The position numbers and the translations under genes were made by a program. Below are positions 39,947-55,444 of a stretch of 64,000 nt of DNA, one piece after another. The stretch comes from Octopus bimaculoides (taxonomy: Eukaryota). The notes beneath the pieces were generated by a model, which saw only the letters and a program-made list of their open reading frames with translations, did no database searches and was not told the origin of the DNA. Position 1 is the stretch's first letter, and the number at the start of each line of letters is the position of its first letter. The stretch covers positions 25,377,833-25,441,832 of the forward strand of contig NC_068985.1 of the NCBI RefSeq assembly GCF_001194135.2, read 5' to 3'.

Positions 39947-42900
39947 GTTCAAATTCTGCCAAGGTCAACTTTGCCTTTCATCCTTTCGGAATTGATAAAT
40001 TAAGTACCAGTGAAATACTGGAGTCAATGTAATTGACTAGTTCCCTCCCCTAAAATTGCAGGCCTTGTGCCTTTCGCAGAAAGGATCATTATTATTATCA
40101 TTATTATTATTATTATTATTATTATCACTTCGAGCCTGACAGCAGCTCCAATATTTTTAATATGCTTTTCAAAGCTCTTGGAACGGCTCCCAATGCTCCA
40201 GTTACCAGAAATTATTATAATTATTATCATTATTAGTAGTAGTATTAAGGTGGCTAACTGGCAGAGTCATGATCTGCTACTAATTAATGAGAGAGGATGT
40301 AAGAAAACTTTTAATGTAACTAGCAGACTATGAGAAGCAGAGAATATTGTAATGATAGTTCAAGAAGCAAAATAATAAAATAGCAAGTCATTAGCCCATG
40401 CATCAAAGAGTATGCAGCAGCTTAAAACTTGAATGGTCTCTTTTCTTCTGTACTATGACTGGATTTTGTTTTTATCTTATAATCAGATGGGAAGGTAGTG
40501 CTCATGACCATTTACTGGGCCTTTGAGACTGGTGGAAAGGAGAAAAGAAAATACACTACTGCTTGAGATCTGGATCAAAAACTTGCAGCAGAGTGAACTC
40601 TGTTAAAGATGCCTAAAGTGCTAAGTGGTGGTGTGTTACATCTGGATGAAGTGTACCACCAAAGTATACTATCTGGTCTAAAAGTAAACAATCTGATCAT
40701 AATATCCAAGATATCCAAGAAAAAATTATTAATTTAGTGTGAACTTACATTGAACATCCTGCTGTCTGTTATTGATAAAGGAGTTTCTAAGTATAAATCC
40801 CCTTGATTTGTAATAGCAAAATATTTTCTGGCATCAGCATACTTATCAGGTATTGACAGTATAACTTCTCCATTTGGATTCTGAAATTAAGAAAAAATGA
40901 CTTTATAGCTAAAGTTCTGATATATTTAAGATTTTGATTTAGAAAAAGTATTTTAAAAATTGGTTAAAATAGTCAAAACGACAAATTCTAATTAAAAACA
41001 ATTTCCATTAATAATATTTCAGAGATTTTTGCAATTAGACTCATAACAAATATCAATAAAACTTTTATCAAATGTTGCCTTTCCCAATAAAAGAAATGTT
41101 GTTGCTGTTTAACTCCAGGTTGGTTCATCTCATTCAGAACCAAATAATGATCAAAGATGTTCCAGTTGTAACCATCTCATTTTTCATTTATTAAGTACAG
41201 TGCATCCAGTGTTACTTTCTTCTCCCAAGGCACAATTCGAGGGAGATTCAAGTTGCTATATGTATGATGTTGAGCAAAGATGTATAGAACCCCTCCACCC
41301 CATCCTTTGGACTTATGATAAGAGACATGTTTTAAGAGTCATCAACTGTTTTGACAGTTTCTTTGAAATTCTGGGGCAAATTTTCAATAGCTAGGTGAAC
41401 AGATAAAATTTAGGGTCAAGTCTGAAACTCAAAAATTGAACAAAATGCTTACAACACATTTTGAACTCATCCATGAGGAGTAGGTAATCCAATGCTGTAT
41501 TTACTTAACTTTTTTTTTTTTTGCATAATAAAATCTATGTTGTTTTTTATACTTTTCTGTTGAAAACTTCTAGGATATTTTCAAATTGCTCTATTTAGTA
41601 ATGGTATCTTTTAATTAATCTTTTGAGTAACATTACTTCTGCCAGACAGAAAACCAAATGCAGCTGGTTCAAAGCAAACAAAATTCTAAAACTCAACAGG
41701 AACAAAATTTAAATGGCTTACTTACATTTAAAGATCTGTCTTGATCACTAACATTTAATTTCAAAATAGTTCTGGTTGGAGTGAAAGTACTCAGTATTGA
41801 TACAGATATACTGGAGGGTTGCAAAACTGGCGGATAGCTATTTCGTTCAATGTTGACAATAACAAGGGTGGAACCAGACATTGGTTGAAGGGACTGGTCA
41901 GTAGCTATCACAGTTAACTGGAATATAAAAGAAAAGAAATAAAGAAATAAGGCCATTGATTAAAGAGTTCTAAAACTTGGAGATAAATTCTTCATATTTG
42001 CTGAAAATATGACCAGTCATTAGAATTAATGTTTTACTAATTTTCTGGTGTAGAATAAAACAAGTTTATTTTTGACATAGAAAGCATAATCAAAGTTATA
42101 TGATGCTCTGTAAAGAATTGATAGTTTTCTTTACTATGCATGAGAAACAAGTAAATCCAAATAAACAGTTTTTGATAATAGCAATAACAATGATGGAAAG
42201 AAAAAAAATTTGGTTAATATCTGAGATAATGCTTGAATATTGTAAAATATTTTAGGAGAGAAAGGAAAACAAACAAATAGAAATCTATAGAAAACTTACG
42301 TTTACTTGATTACCAATCAAATTTGTTGCAAGTGATGCTCTAACATAAATATTTCCAAAATTACTAATGGAGAAGTAATTACTGAATGGAGAAATGTAGT
42401 AATTTAATGCATTTGCCTGTAGAAAGAATAAAGAAAGTTACTTAAATCACATACCAATACAATTTTACAATGTTTATATTTAGTAAGTGTATGTAAGTAA
42501 TTGTAATCTAGTAAGCGTATGTATGGCTATAATAGCCATTTTCTGACAGTTGCAATGAAAGCATTTGTGAAAATAATTACATGTTAGGAAGTAATAGAAA
42601 TTTATTAAACTATCTTTTTTTTTCCTTAGTTAAATGTTGTTTTGCTCCCAGTTAGCCTTAATTAAGGAAACTTATTCCAGTCATGGTATTCCTATTTGTT
42701 TTGTCAATAATAGTGTACATTGAGCCTCATTATCCAATGGGTGTTCCTTTTCCAAGATAGCAAGGTGAAGTTTGACAGAAACTTGACTGTTATTTCTAGA
42801 AAGTAGCATCACCACTTAGAGATACCAATCATTCATTAATGAGTGTATTAGGCTGGTATTTGGAATATAACCTAACAACATTCTGTACAGTGGTTTGTGT

Positions 42901-45900
42901 TAGGAAGGACATCCAGCAATAGAAACTATGCCAAAGTAGATAGTAGAGTTTGGTGCAGTCTTCTGACTTTCCAGCTCTTATCAAACCATCCAACCCATGC
43001 CAACATGGAAAAGCAACGTTAAATGAAGACAACGGCGATGATGATAATCAAATTCTCACATAAAGTTATAATGTAAAATTTTTATTCGAACATAGACATA
43101 TTTAAAATTAAGTTGTTCTGTACAATAAAACTAGATGTGGTGAACAATCATCTGTAGTGCCAAACTCTGGGGGTGCCACATAAATTCTGAACAATGTTTT
43201 GATTCCTCAAATTGTAGTCATTATATTTTACTGTTTAAACTAGCCTTCATTGTGAGCAAAGTTTGTAATCCCCCCTTGTAACCAACATTTTTTCCCATTG
43301 CAGTCATCCATTTAAAACTAATATTTTTCTAACTATACTGATTTCAGTTGCATACAGATTATTCAGTTAAATGTGATGTTTATCTATTCACATTTAAAAA
43401 AAAATTAATCATATATTATCTTGTAGCTTTCAGATTTTGAGGATGTGATTGTTTATTTATAGATTGACATTGTAGGGTAAGTGTGAGAGGCTGGATCTGG
43501 CCACTCTAACATAAAACGGGCAGAATATTTGGGCTGGATATGGCTAGATTAAATGTTAAAAGGTTCAAGAGATGTTTAGAGTGACAAGTTGGCAGAACCA
43601 TTAACCTTTTTGTTACCAACCCGGCTGAAACCAACTCTATCTCTGAGTACAAATGTCTTGTTTTAATAAGTTTTGAATTAAAATCTTTCACCAAACCTTA
43701 GTCACAATTTATGTTCCTAACACTAGCTGAATGATAACTAAGTAATTTAATTAAATTCTTTGTTATATTTAAAGTAATTGAAAGAAACACAGAGCATTTC
43801 AAAATAAATACTGTACCAAAAGGGTACTAGGCAAAATGTTTAATGGCATCTCATCCATTTTCATGTTCTGAGTTCAAATGCTGCCTTTCATCTTTACGGG
43901 GTTGATAGAATAATTACCAGTTAAGCACTGAGGTCAATGTAATCGACTTACCCTGCCGTTGAAATTTGAAACTAATTTTAAAAAGATGTTTCCATCTGCA
44001 AGACTTTGATTAAAAATATTTCTCAAGATGAAAGAATATTATTTACCGTGGAGCTTCCTGCTTGTAAATCTTTGTCTGTAGCTGTTACTTGGATAATGGC
44101 AGTATCTATTGGTATGTATTCTTTAACATATACTTCATAAAGTTTCTTAGAGAATACTGGAGGATATAAATTATGCTTCACAGTAATAATAACTCTTGCT
44201 TCTGAATATCTGTAGGAACCATCACTGGCTTTGACATTGAACTAGAAAATTGAAAAGAGGATAATGAAGTGCATTAAACATACATGTATTCATATACACA
44301 CACACACACACGTATATATATATATATATATATATATATNNNNNNNNNNNNNNNNNNNNNNNNNNNNNNNNNNNNNNNNNNNNNNNNNNNNNNNNNNNNN
44401 NNNNNNNNNNNNNNNNNNNNNNNNNNNNNNNNNNNNNNNNNNNNNNNNNNNNNNNNNNNNNNNNNNNNNNNNNNNNNNNNNNNNNNNNNNNNNNNNNNNN
44501 NNNNNNNNNNNNNNNNNNNNNNNNNNNNNNNNNNNNNNNNNNNNNNNNNNNNNNNNNNNNNNNNNNNNNNNNNNNNNNNNNNNNNNNNNNNNNNNNNNNN
44601 NNNNNNNNNNNNNNNNNNNNNNNNNNNNNNNNNNNNNNNNNNNNNNNNNNNNNNNNNNNNNNNNNNNNNNNNNTAGAAATAGATGCTGAATCATCCAACC
44701 ACGAAAAAGAATGTTCTCAGTAGAAAATTAAATTAAATTAATCGTATTTTAGTATTTTTTCATTTGTCTTACTCATTTACAGTCTGTTGTGTCGCTGATT
44801 TTTTTTCTACTGAGAACATTCTTTTTCGTGGTTGGATGATTCAGCATCTATTTCTAGCATTCAGGAATCCACATTTGCTGGTCATTCCTCTTATTCTTGT
44901 ATGTAATATAATTTTAATCTTCGGATTTTTTAATATGCTAGACCACTGGTTTTAATTGATCAATATCAATTTCTACCCTCATTAATAAATTTTTAAATAT
45001 ATGGAAATATATATATATATATATAGAAATCTGATGGCAACTAAGGGCCTCCTGCTCAGGGTGAAAGGGAGACTATATGATGTATGTGTGCAAACAACCA
45101 TGCTACACAGCAGTGAAACATGGACCATGACTGCTGAGGACATGCGTATGCTTGAAAGAAATGAAGCGTGTATGATCCACTGGATGTGTAATGTCAGTGT
45201 GCATGCACAACAGAGTGTAAGCGCTCTGAGAAAACAGTTGGACATAAGAAGCATCAAATTTGGTGTGCAAGAGAGACAACTGTGCTGGTATAGTCATGTG
45301 TTAAGTATGGATGAGGACAGCTGTGTGAAGAAGTGTCACACCCTAACAGTGGGAGGAACTTATGGAAGAGGTAGACCCAGGAAGACATAGGATGAAGAAG
45401 TGAAGCATGACTTTCGAACACTGGGCTTTAAAGAGACAATAAGAGACCGAGACCTTTGGAGATATTATGCTGTGCTTGAGAAGACCTGGCAAGTAAAGTG
45501 AGATCACAGCCATGGTTGATGTCAGTGTTGCATGACCAGCCTATTTAAAAGTACCCTTGAAGTGTGGGGCAATATGATGTCCCTGAGTAGACTTATTGAG
45601 TCAAGTGAAATCGAAATTGTAACTGTGACCAGTGCTGCCTGACTGGCACCTATGCTGGTGGCATGTAATAAGCACCATTCAATGCTAGTGTCTCCTGACT
45701 GGCTCCCCGTGCTGGTGAAACATAAAAAGCACCATCTGAATGTGGTTGATGCCAGTGCTCCCTGACTGGCTCCCATGCCAGTGGCACATAAAAAGCACCA
45801 TCTGAACGTGATCGATGCTAGCGCCACCTGACTGGCTCTAGTACTGGTGGCACATAAAAAAGTACCCACTACACTCTCGGAGTGGTTGGCATTAGGAAGG

Positions 45901-48900
45901 GCATCCACTTGTAGAAACATTGCCAGATCAGATTGGAGCCTGGTGCAGCCCACTGGCTTGCAAGACCTCGTTCAAACCATCCAGCTCATGCCAGCATGGA
46001 AAGCGGACATTAAACAATGATGTTAATGATGATGATATATCATCATCATCATCATAGTTTAACGTCCGCTTTCCATGCTACAATGGGTTGGACGATTTGA
46101 CTGAGGACTGGTGAACCGGATGGCAACACCAGGCTCCAATCTGATTTGGCAGAGTTTCTACAGCTGGATGCCCTTCCTAACACCAACCACTCCGAGAGTG
46201 TAATGGGTGCTTCTACGTGTCACCTGCCCGAAGGCCAGTCAGGTGGTACTGGCAATGGCCACGCTCAAAATGGTGTATTTCATGTGCCACCTGCACAGGA
46301 GCCAGTCAAGCGGCACTGGCAACGATCTCGCTTGAATGTCTTTACACGTGCCACCGGCACAAGTGCCAGGAAGGTGACACTGGGCACAGGTGCTATCACG
46401 ATTTCATATGTATGTATATATATATATATNNNNNNNNNNNNNNNNNNNNNNNNNNNNNNNNNNNNNNNNNNNNNNNNNNNNNNNNNNNNNNNNNNNNNNN
46501 NNNNNNNNNNNNNNNNNNNNNNNNNNNNNNNNNNNNNNNNNNNNNNNNNNNNNNNNNNNNNNNNNNNNNNNNNNNNNNNNNNNNNNNNNNNNNNNNNNNN
46601 NNNNNNNNNNNNNNNNNNNNNNNNNNNNNNNNNNNNNNNNNNNNNNNNNNNNNNNNNNNNNNNNNNNNNNNNNNNNNNNNNNNNNNNNNNNNNNNNNNNN
46701 NNNNNNNNNNNNNNNNNNNNNNNNNNNNNNNNNNNNNNNNNNNNNNNNNNNNNNNNNNNNNNNNNNNNNNNNNNNNNNNNNNNNNNNNNNNNNNNNNNNN
46801 NNNNNNNNNNNNNNNNNNNNNNNNNNNNNNNNNNNNNNNNNNNNNNNNNNNNNNNNNNNNNNNNNNNNNNNNNNNNNNNNNNNNNNNNNNNNNNNNNNNN
46901 NNNNNNNNNNNNNNNNNNNNNNNNNNNNNNNNNNNNNNNNTATTTACACATAATTTCTCTATACTCTTCCACTTTGATACATTCACTGTACCTTTATCAA
47001 GGAATGTGACATACTTTTCTTTCACTCTCACTATATTTCTAAATATTAATATTCAGAAATATATTTGCATAAAACTTTAGAAGATACAAAGCTACAACAT
47101 GTATTTTCATAGAAATAATGGTAAAAGTGGTTGAGTGCTTAATAACATGCCTTATAGTATTTAGTAACATTCCTTTGCATTCTGAAATCAAATTATGTAA
47201 TAGTCTCTTTTATTTTACATTCTGCTAGTTCTTGTGTGATATACTAAGAACAATTAATTATATCTCTCTTCTACAAAGTTTGTGGCCTTGTATCATTGTA
47301 AGAAATTAATATAAAACCGTTATTTTTGATACAAGCTGTTTGTCTTGTCTATGGATGAAGCCTAAGTAAAAATTTGAATTAATGTCTTCTAGATCAATAA
47401 TATAGAACTTTAATAGTGTTCATAAAATAATAACTGAAATAATTGTAATAATTCAAATAAATAAAAATCAAAGAAGAATTTACCTCATAGAAAGATGTAG
47501 GATTTGATGCAATGTCTCCATTCACAGTAATTACTCCTGTGATGTTATTGATGGCAAAATAGAAGTCACTTTGAGGAATGGAGTATATTACTTGATCCTT
47601 AAAATAGATGCCATGGAAGTGGGGAAAAATTATTAAGAATATAAACTCTATACAAATATGTTTGAATTTTAAATAATAAAGAAAAGTAACAATCTGATTT
47701 AAAATATTTTTAATTGTATTTATGTTATATCTTCATGTCTATTGGTCGTTCCAACAACATATGTCACCAGAACAGATACATAAAAGATACTGATTTGAAA
47801 AGGTTAAAAATATATACATATCTTACATACAGATACTTTTTTGTTTTTGCAGGTATTTATGTACATTAGCCTCGTCCTTGTTGGAAATTTGATCTTTGGA
47901 TCTTGTTGGCTGTGTTTGAAAACCTTGTCATCATTTAGTATATCCAAGGCAAAGTCCCTTTTCACCAAAGGACATTACTAGGAATTTTTGAGGTGAGGAT
48001 TGCAAGTTAACCAGGCAATTGTCTGCACAGTGATTATGTTGATTACAGTGAGGATCTAGTCTTACTATACCTGTTTAGAGCTGGGTGAACTTAACAATGT
48101 GATGTTTAAGTGCTTTAACTTTTGACACAATATTCTGCTTGCTAGATCTTTTTGGTTGGTTATTTGATGCTATATTTGTTTGAAGAATGTTAGCTTTTTT
48201 ACTAAAGTTAAGACCATGAGAATATCAGTTAGAATCATAAAAGTGCCAGCATGTAGATCTACAGGTTCAGCAATTTGTATCTCAAACCTGTACAAGGTTG
48301 AATCCAGGTAGAACCCCCCCCCCCCAAAAAAAAACCCCAATAAACAAAACCATATACAAGTTACAATAGGCTTGCCTTTCTAGAGATTAAAATACTACTA
48401 CAAGGGACTGTAAAATTACTGAATATTTCATTAGATTACAGTGGCTAGTGTCTAGAGTCTAGAGTCATTAGATTACAATGGATAATGTCAAGTCTCTCTT
48501 TTTTTGAATCACTACATAAAGACATTGGATCTCAGTAATATCATAATATGAAGGTGATGTATAGGCTTAATGATTGCATGTTAGCTATTATTTCTTATAA
48601 TGTTTAACATATTTACACAAGTATGGTTGCAAGAAATAAAATATTCCACATGAAAAAGATAATTTTCTTTAAATGACAATTTTGTGAAATTATAATGCTT
48701 ACCCCATCTCTATCAGTAGCAGATACAGTACCAACAACGTCATTCTTTACAGCTTTAGAAGTGATGTTGAATTTATATTCACTTTGCTGGAATACTGGTA
48801 TGTTTGAACGGCTGACAACATTGACTGTAATTCGCATGGTAGCTTTGTTTCTTGGGTAGCCATTGTCTTCTGCTTGGATATCAAGCTGTCAGAGATAAAA

Positions 48901-50721
48901 CAGAATAGAAAGTGAAAAGATGCTCTAATTTTATTTAATTATTTATGTAACATTCTGGAATACCTCCTTTATCTTCTGGACTTGAAATATCTTTAATCTT
49001 TAATCAATTCTTTATTTAGAAATTTAAAACATTAGGTACTTTTTATTATATTAAGTACCAATAACACTTCATGATGGGTATTACCAGTGCTTTATGTTAT
49101 TAGTCCTAATGGAATGAAAAATATCACAACAGCATTCAAAGCTAAATACTCTAAAGCATTTAGTGCAATGGTTTATCATATTTATTAAATACATTGCTCA
49201 CCACATCCACACATATTGAAAAGGTTTAGTATTACTTACTATGTATCTCCTCGTAGGATTTGGATTTTGGCTTAGCAAAGCTGTAACTGTCACATTACCA
49301 GTTTCAGGGTTCACATAGAAATAGCTTTTGCCAGATGGTGGGTTGTATGTAATAATCTTGTAGGTAATCCGACCATTTTCACCCTGAAGAAGAAATAAAA
49401 ATAAATATGATATCCATTAATAAACTGTTGAGCAGTAATGATTTCGAACATTGGTACTGGGCTCAGTGGTTAGAGCATCGAGCTTACGATCATGAGGTTG
49501 TGAATTCGATTCCTAGACCGGACTGCGAGTTGTCTTCTTGAGCAAGACACTTTGTTTCACGTTGCTCCAGTTCACTCAGCTGTAGAAATGAGTTGTGACA
49601 TCACTGGTGCCAAGCTGTATCAGACTTTGCCGTTCCCTTGGATAACATCAGTGGTGTGGAGTAGGGAGGCTGGTATGCATGGGCGACTGCAAGTCTTCCA
49701 TAAACAACCTTACCTGGACTTGTACATCGGAGGGGAACTTTCTAGGTGAAATCCCATGGTCATTCATGACCGAAAGGGATCTTTACTCTTTACTGGGCTA
49801 CAAATTTAAGGTAGAGATAATGGATGGGAGCAATCAGATATATCAACCCTAATATATGTTGGGTACTTATGCTATCACTCCTGGGTGGATGACAGGCAGA
49901 GTAGATCTACACTCTGAGAGTGTAGTGGGTGCTTTTACGTGCCACTAGCATGAAGGCCAGTCAGGTGGCACTGGCAACAGCCACGCTCAAAATGGTGTAT
50001 TTTACGTGCCACCTGCACAGGAGCCAGTCCATTGGCACTGGCACGATCTCACTCGAATGTCTTTACACATGCCACCGGCACAAGTGCCAGGAAGGCGACA
50101 CTGGGCACAGGTGCCATAAGGCTACAGATTTGAGATGGAGAGTTGTTACTTCATCAAATCAACTCCAGTACACTTTTTTTGTATTGACTTTGGAACGAGG
50201 AAAAGTGAAGTTGACCTCATCAGAATTTTAATTCAAATAGTAAAAAGCCAGAACAAATACTATAAGTTATTTTATTATGTCCAACACTAACAATTTTACC
50301 AGTACACTGCAGTTAGATGACAGTAATAAAAATAATGAGGGCGATTTAAGCTCAGAATGCAAAAAGCTGGAGGAAATGCAACTAAGCATTTTCTCCAATG
50401 CACTAATGATTCTACCTTTATAATGATGATGATGATGACAACAGCAATGATAATAATAATAATAATAAGAAGAAGAATGAAGATAATAATGACAAGAAGA
50501 AAAATCCTTTCTACTAAGGGCACAAGGCCTGGACTTTTGGTGGGAGTGGGCCAGTCAACTACATCAACCCCAGTGCTTAACAGGTACTTTATTTTACCAA
50601 CCCTGAAAAGATGAAAGGCAGAGTTGACTTTGATAGGGTTTGAACTCAGAACTTAACAAGCCAAAAGAGATGCTGCTGAACATTTTGTCTAGTGTACTAA
50701 TGATTATGACAGTTCACTACC

Positions 50722-50762
<41 letters not shown>

Positions 50763-50864
50763 TAATAATAATGAACTTTTAACGTGTTGTCTCTTGAGGT
50801 CTCTGGTTGAGATTTGAAGCCAACTTGTACAAATACAAAGCAAAAGTCAAACATAATAATAATG

Positions 50865-50917
<53 letters not shown>

Positions 50918-53900
50918 CCTTTCTACAACAGGCACAAGGTCTGAAACTTGGGGGAAGAGTACAGTCGATTACATCGATCCCAGTATTCAACTGGCACTTA
51001 TTTTATTGACCCCGAAAGGATGAAAGGCAAAGTTGACTCAGAACTTAAAGAGCCAAAAGAAATGCCGCTGAACATTTTGTCTTGCACACTAATGATTATG
51101 ACAGTTCACTACTTTAATAAAGGGCTGCCAGAAACGTCTAGACAACATCCCAGGAGAACCATGTCTCACAGAAATCAAAAAGATTGTATTGCAAGTACTA
51201 CCCACGTCCTTAGAAAAACCCTATCAATTTAAACGTCTGTGTTATATTATATGGAGATATTTCACTACTTCCCCCACCACTTCCCCTCCTTGAGCTTTCA
51301 GTTACACTGTAACATCTCTTATCCTTCACTCGCCCTTGGGTGTTGGGTGTGTCTTGGCAAGTGATTGCAACAAACAATCAGGTTAAAAGTAAATAACAAT
51401 AACAACAATAGTTATAAAAATAATAATAATAATAAAAGTAAAAGATTTGAAAATAGAGAAAGCAGAATATAACTTCAAAATAAAAACAATCTTTGTAATA
51501 ATATGCACTGTAACACTACTTCAAAAAGATGTTGACAAATATGTAACCAAAATCTCAGGACTTACATGTACACACAGTACACTGAAAACAGTACTAGGCA
51601 TTACACATATATTAAGCAGAATGATAGGTTAAGAATGATGGAACAGAGATTGTGTAGCTAATAGGATGATTTCTTTGAAGAAAATAAATGGTGCTTACAG
51701 TATCAGGATCTGTAGCTACAGCCTTATAGAAGACATGTCCAATCGTTGTGTCATCAGCTATAGAAATTTCCACATTGGTGCTATTAAATCTTGGAGGAGT
51801 GTTTCTACGGATTATCTTTACAATAACTGTGGTTGTTGCAGAACTTGAAGTATCATTTTTCCGGAATGCCTTCACTTCAATCTGTTTGGCAAAAATGAAT
51901 AATAATTACAGTTCAGGAATATTGCATACATGTCAGTAAAGTATTACATTTTATATACAAAGCCAGTAACACGAATGTCTTTTACCTTAAACCTGTTTCA
52001 GTCACTCAACTGCAGTCATGCTGGAGCACTACGTTGAAGAGTTAAGTCAAAACAATAGACCCCAGTAGTTATGTTTATTTAGTCTAGTATTTATTTTACC
52101 AGTCCCTTTTGCCAAAACTGCTAAGTTATAGGGGCATAAACAAATCAACAACCGGAGACATACAGAAACACAAAGAACTACACACACACACACACACACT
52201 TACAATGACAAGTTTCCACACAGTTTGCATCTACCAAATTCATGGACAAGGCATTGGTCTGCCCTAGACTATAGTGGAAGATACTTATTCAAGGTGCCAT
52301 GCAGTGGGACTGAACCCAAGATCAGGTTGTTACAAAACAAGCTTCTTATAGCAACACAGCTATGCCTGCACCAATGTGAAAATAAATTTCACGATAAATG
52401 TAGAAAAATAATACAGATTAACAAATTTTTTTGAAATGTAAGACTAAAGTTTAAAATTATGTAATTGCTAAATTTGAATATGTTTATTTACTTGTAACAG
52501 AAAATAAAATTCATAGAAAATATTCTACATGTTTACCTCATGTAATAGATTGTTTGTGGGCATGTGAGTATTTTCAAAATACTTCATGGAGGGACAAATG
52601 AGACCTGCGTAGTTACAGGCTGCCTTTTGGCAAGGCATAGCATCTATTTAGCCACCCTGCCAGGGATAAGGTGAAATCATGGGACTGCAGCATGGTGGAT
52701 AGTGAAGAGAAGAGCCCAACCGAGCCAATGGTACTGCTTACATTGATGCTGAGTGGAGGAGTCCTAATAGATCAATGGTCAGGATTACCAAGATCTATCA
52801 AGAGAGTAACTGCAATACATCCATAAGTGTGGTGTCCATGGTTGTGTAATCAGTTAATGAAAGATTCATTGTGACTCAAGCTCCCAATTCAAATATGAAT
52901 AACAGAACTGGGTAGCAACAGAGTGTCATGGGAACCTGTGAAAGCAGTGCAACCTGATAACAATGAATAGATTGCTTTTTGATAAACTTTGTTTATCTGG
53001 AATATCGTTTTTATTTTTGTGGGGATCTTAGGATTCATAGGGCTGCTTACCCAGTTCCATGGCATATAAGCAACTGAGATCACAACATACTTTTGAATGG
53101 GACTCTGGTATATTGAAGGTCAGTAATTTTGAAAGGAAAAGAAAGTCAATTACATCAACCTTGGTATTTGACTTGTTCTTTATTGTATCAACCCCAAAGG
53201 CATGAAAAGCAAAAGTCATCATTGTAGAATTTAAACTCAGAATGCAAAAAAACCAGAAGAAATTCCACAAAGTATTTTGTCTGATATGCTTACAGTTCTG
53301 CCAACTCACTGCCTTTGTCTTGAGTATAAATGATGCTTATTAGTTGTAGATGAATTTCCAATTTTGCTAGTTATATTTAAAAATTTTTTCTAGAAATACT
53401 GAAAAGAAATTACTCATATCCTTATTTTAAAAATATTAAATCATTAAATAGCATGTCTGATTTCTGTAAAATCTATACAAAATCCAAAGCTACAAGAGGG
53501 ATAAAATTTTGAAGAAGTCTCAGGCCAGAAGTATTTGCAATCTGAATATACACCATAAGGGGTTAAGAAACCCCTTATGAGTGAGAAACCCAAGGTAACC
53601 CCTTAAACCAGCCTCCCCCATTATAATATATATATGAAATACTTCCTCAGGAATTGTATTTAAAATCCTATAATTGTTAGATGTATCAATTTCTGCTATG
53701 AAATATCAATCTCTTAGGAGATCTATACTCCTAAACATTTCAGAACAAACTTTAAGGTGAATGAATCACACCAGATGATCAAAGCTTTTGCTAATCGAAA
53801 TATGTTGATGAAAATAGAATAAAGAGGGTGATTGTTCAAATATAAACTGTATAATAAGAAATATCAGGCTGTATATAAACTGTATAATAAGAAATATCAG

Positions 53901-55354
53901 TAAGCAACGTTTTGAAACATGAAATTCATCACAATATATTTCAATGATGTGGAAATTTTATTCATCAAAGTAAGTACCATTACAATGAACACATTTTTGC
54001 CAATGAGTTACAAGTCTATTTATTCTGGTAACATAAAAATCTGGAGTACTGGAGCTAATGAACTCTTTGAATGCATTTTCAGCATCAGTTTGATTTTTGA
54101 ACTCCTCTTGCAAGAAACCATCAAAAGGCTTGAAAAAGCTGAAGTCGGTAGGATAAAGTTCTGGGGAATAAGCTGGGTGGGGAAGAACTTTGTAGCTAAG
54201 TTCCTTCAACTTCTGGAGTGCTATTAGTGAAACGTGTGATTGAGCATTGTCATGAAGAATGATTTGCTCTCCTCTGTTGTGCAGTCTGGGATGGAGGAAT
54301 AGCAGTTTTTCATTCATTTTGGCAATTTCATGGCAATATATTTCTGCAGTAATAGTTTTTCAGGGCTTTAAGAAGTTATAGTGGATGAGTCCAGCAGTAC
54401 ACCACCAAGCAGTCACCATAACCATCTTTTTGAAAAGCTCAGGTTTAGGGAAGGTTTGTGGTGCTTCATTTTGGTCCAACCACAGTGAAGAATATTTTTT
54501 ATTATTGTACAGAATCCACTTTTCACTACAAGTTACAATATGGTCAAGAAATGAATTGGTTTGGTTATGGAGAAGAAGTGACAAGCAAATTTCATATCTG
54601 GGCATTTTTTGATTTTCATTCAAATCATGTGGTACCCATTTGTCAAGCTTATTTGATTTTCTGATCACATGCAAATGGTTGCAGGCAGTTTTCTGGCTTA
54701 CTTGAAGTTTTTTTGCCTGTTCTTGAGTAGTTTTATGTGGATCTTTCTCAATGATGGTCTTTAATTGACTATCATTGATGACAGAATTGGTGTCCACTAC
54801 ACTCACAACCTTCATGGCTCAAGTCTCCATTGCGAAATCATTTAAACTATTTTCGAGCTGACCACTCACTGGTCATTTCCTCACCAAATGTTTCATTGAT
54901 ATCATGAGCAGTTTATGCTGCTGTACATCCTTTCTTGAAGTTGAATAGCAAAATTGCTCGAATATTGTGCTTTGACAGTTCCGTTTCAGATGATTGTAAA
55001 AAACGGTGAAAAAAATTAATGTTTATTTATTTGGGCAAGTCTATGTCTGTATAATCAGATAATTGCAAAAAAAAGTGCTTAAAATAAATTCAAATCTCTG
55101 CAAAAATCTGGTACAAATTCTTCATGGTTTAAAACGCTGCTTACTTTTTACTCAACCTGATAATAAAAACTGACTTACTTCAACAATATTTATATTAAGA
55201 CCAACAAGGGGCTTCGCCACAGTTATTAATCCACCAGAGCTCATGGCAAATAGTTTTACATTGTTAATCATTTCATATTGTAACTGTCCCTGTAAAAAGA
55301 AAGTTGAATGATTATATATATATATCATCATCATTATCATCAATTAACATCTGC

Positions 55355-55444
<90 letters not shown>

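Noticed and set aside
42300-42339. 40-nt AG...GTAAGT segment in intron 9
   Set aside because: It shifts the frame and has an in-frame TAA; at most a poison exon, with no support.
49462-49540. tRNA-like A/B-box sequences (also 4646, 17079, 21240, 37650)
   Set aside because: They are SINE heads continuous with SINE bodies and lack a full cloverleaf; not tRNA genes.
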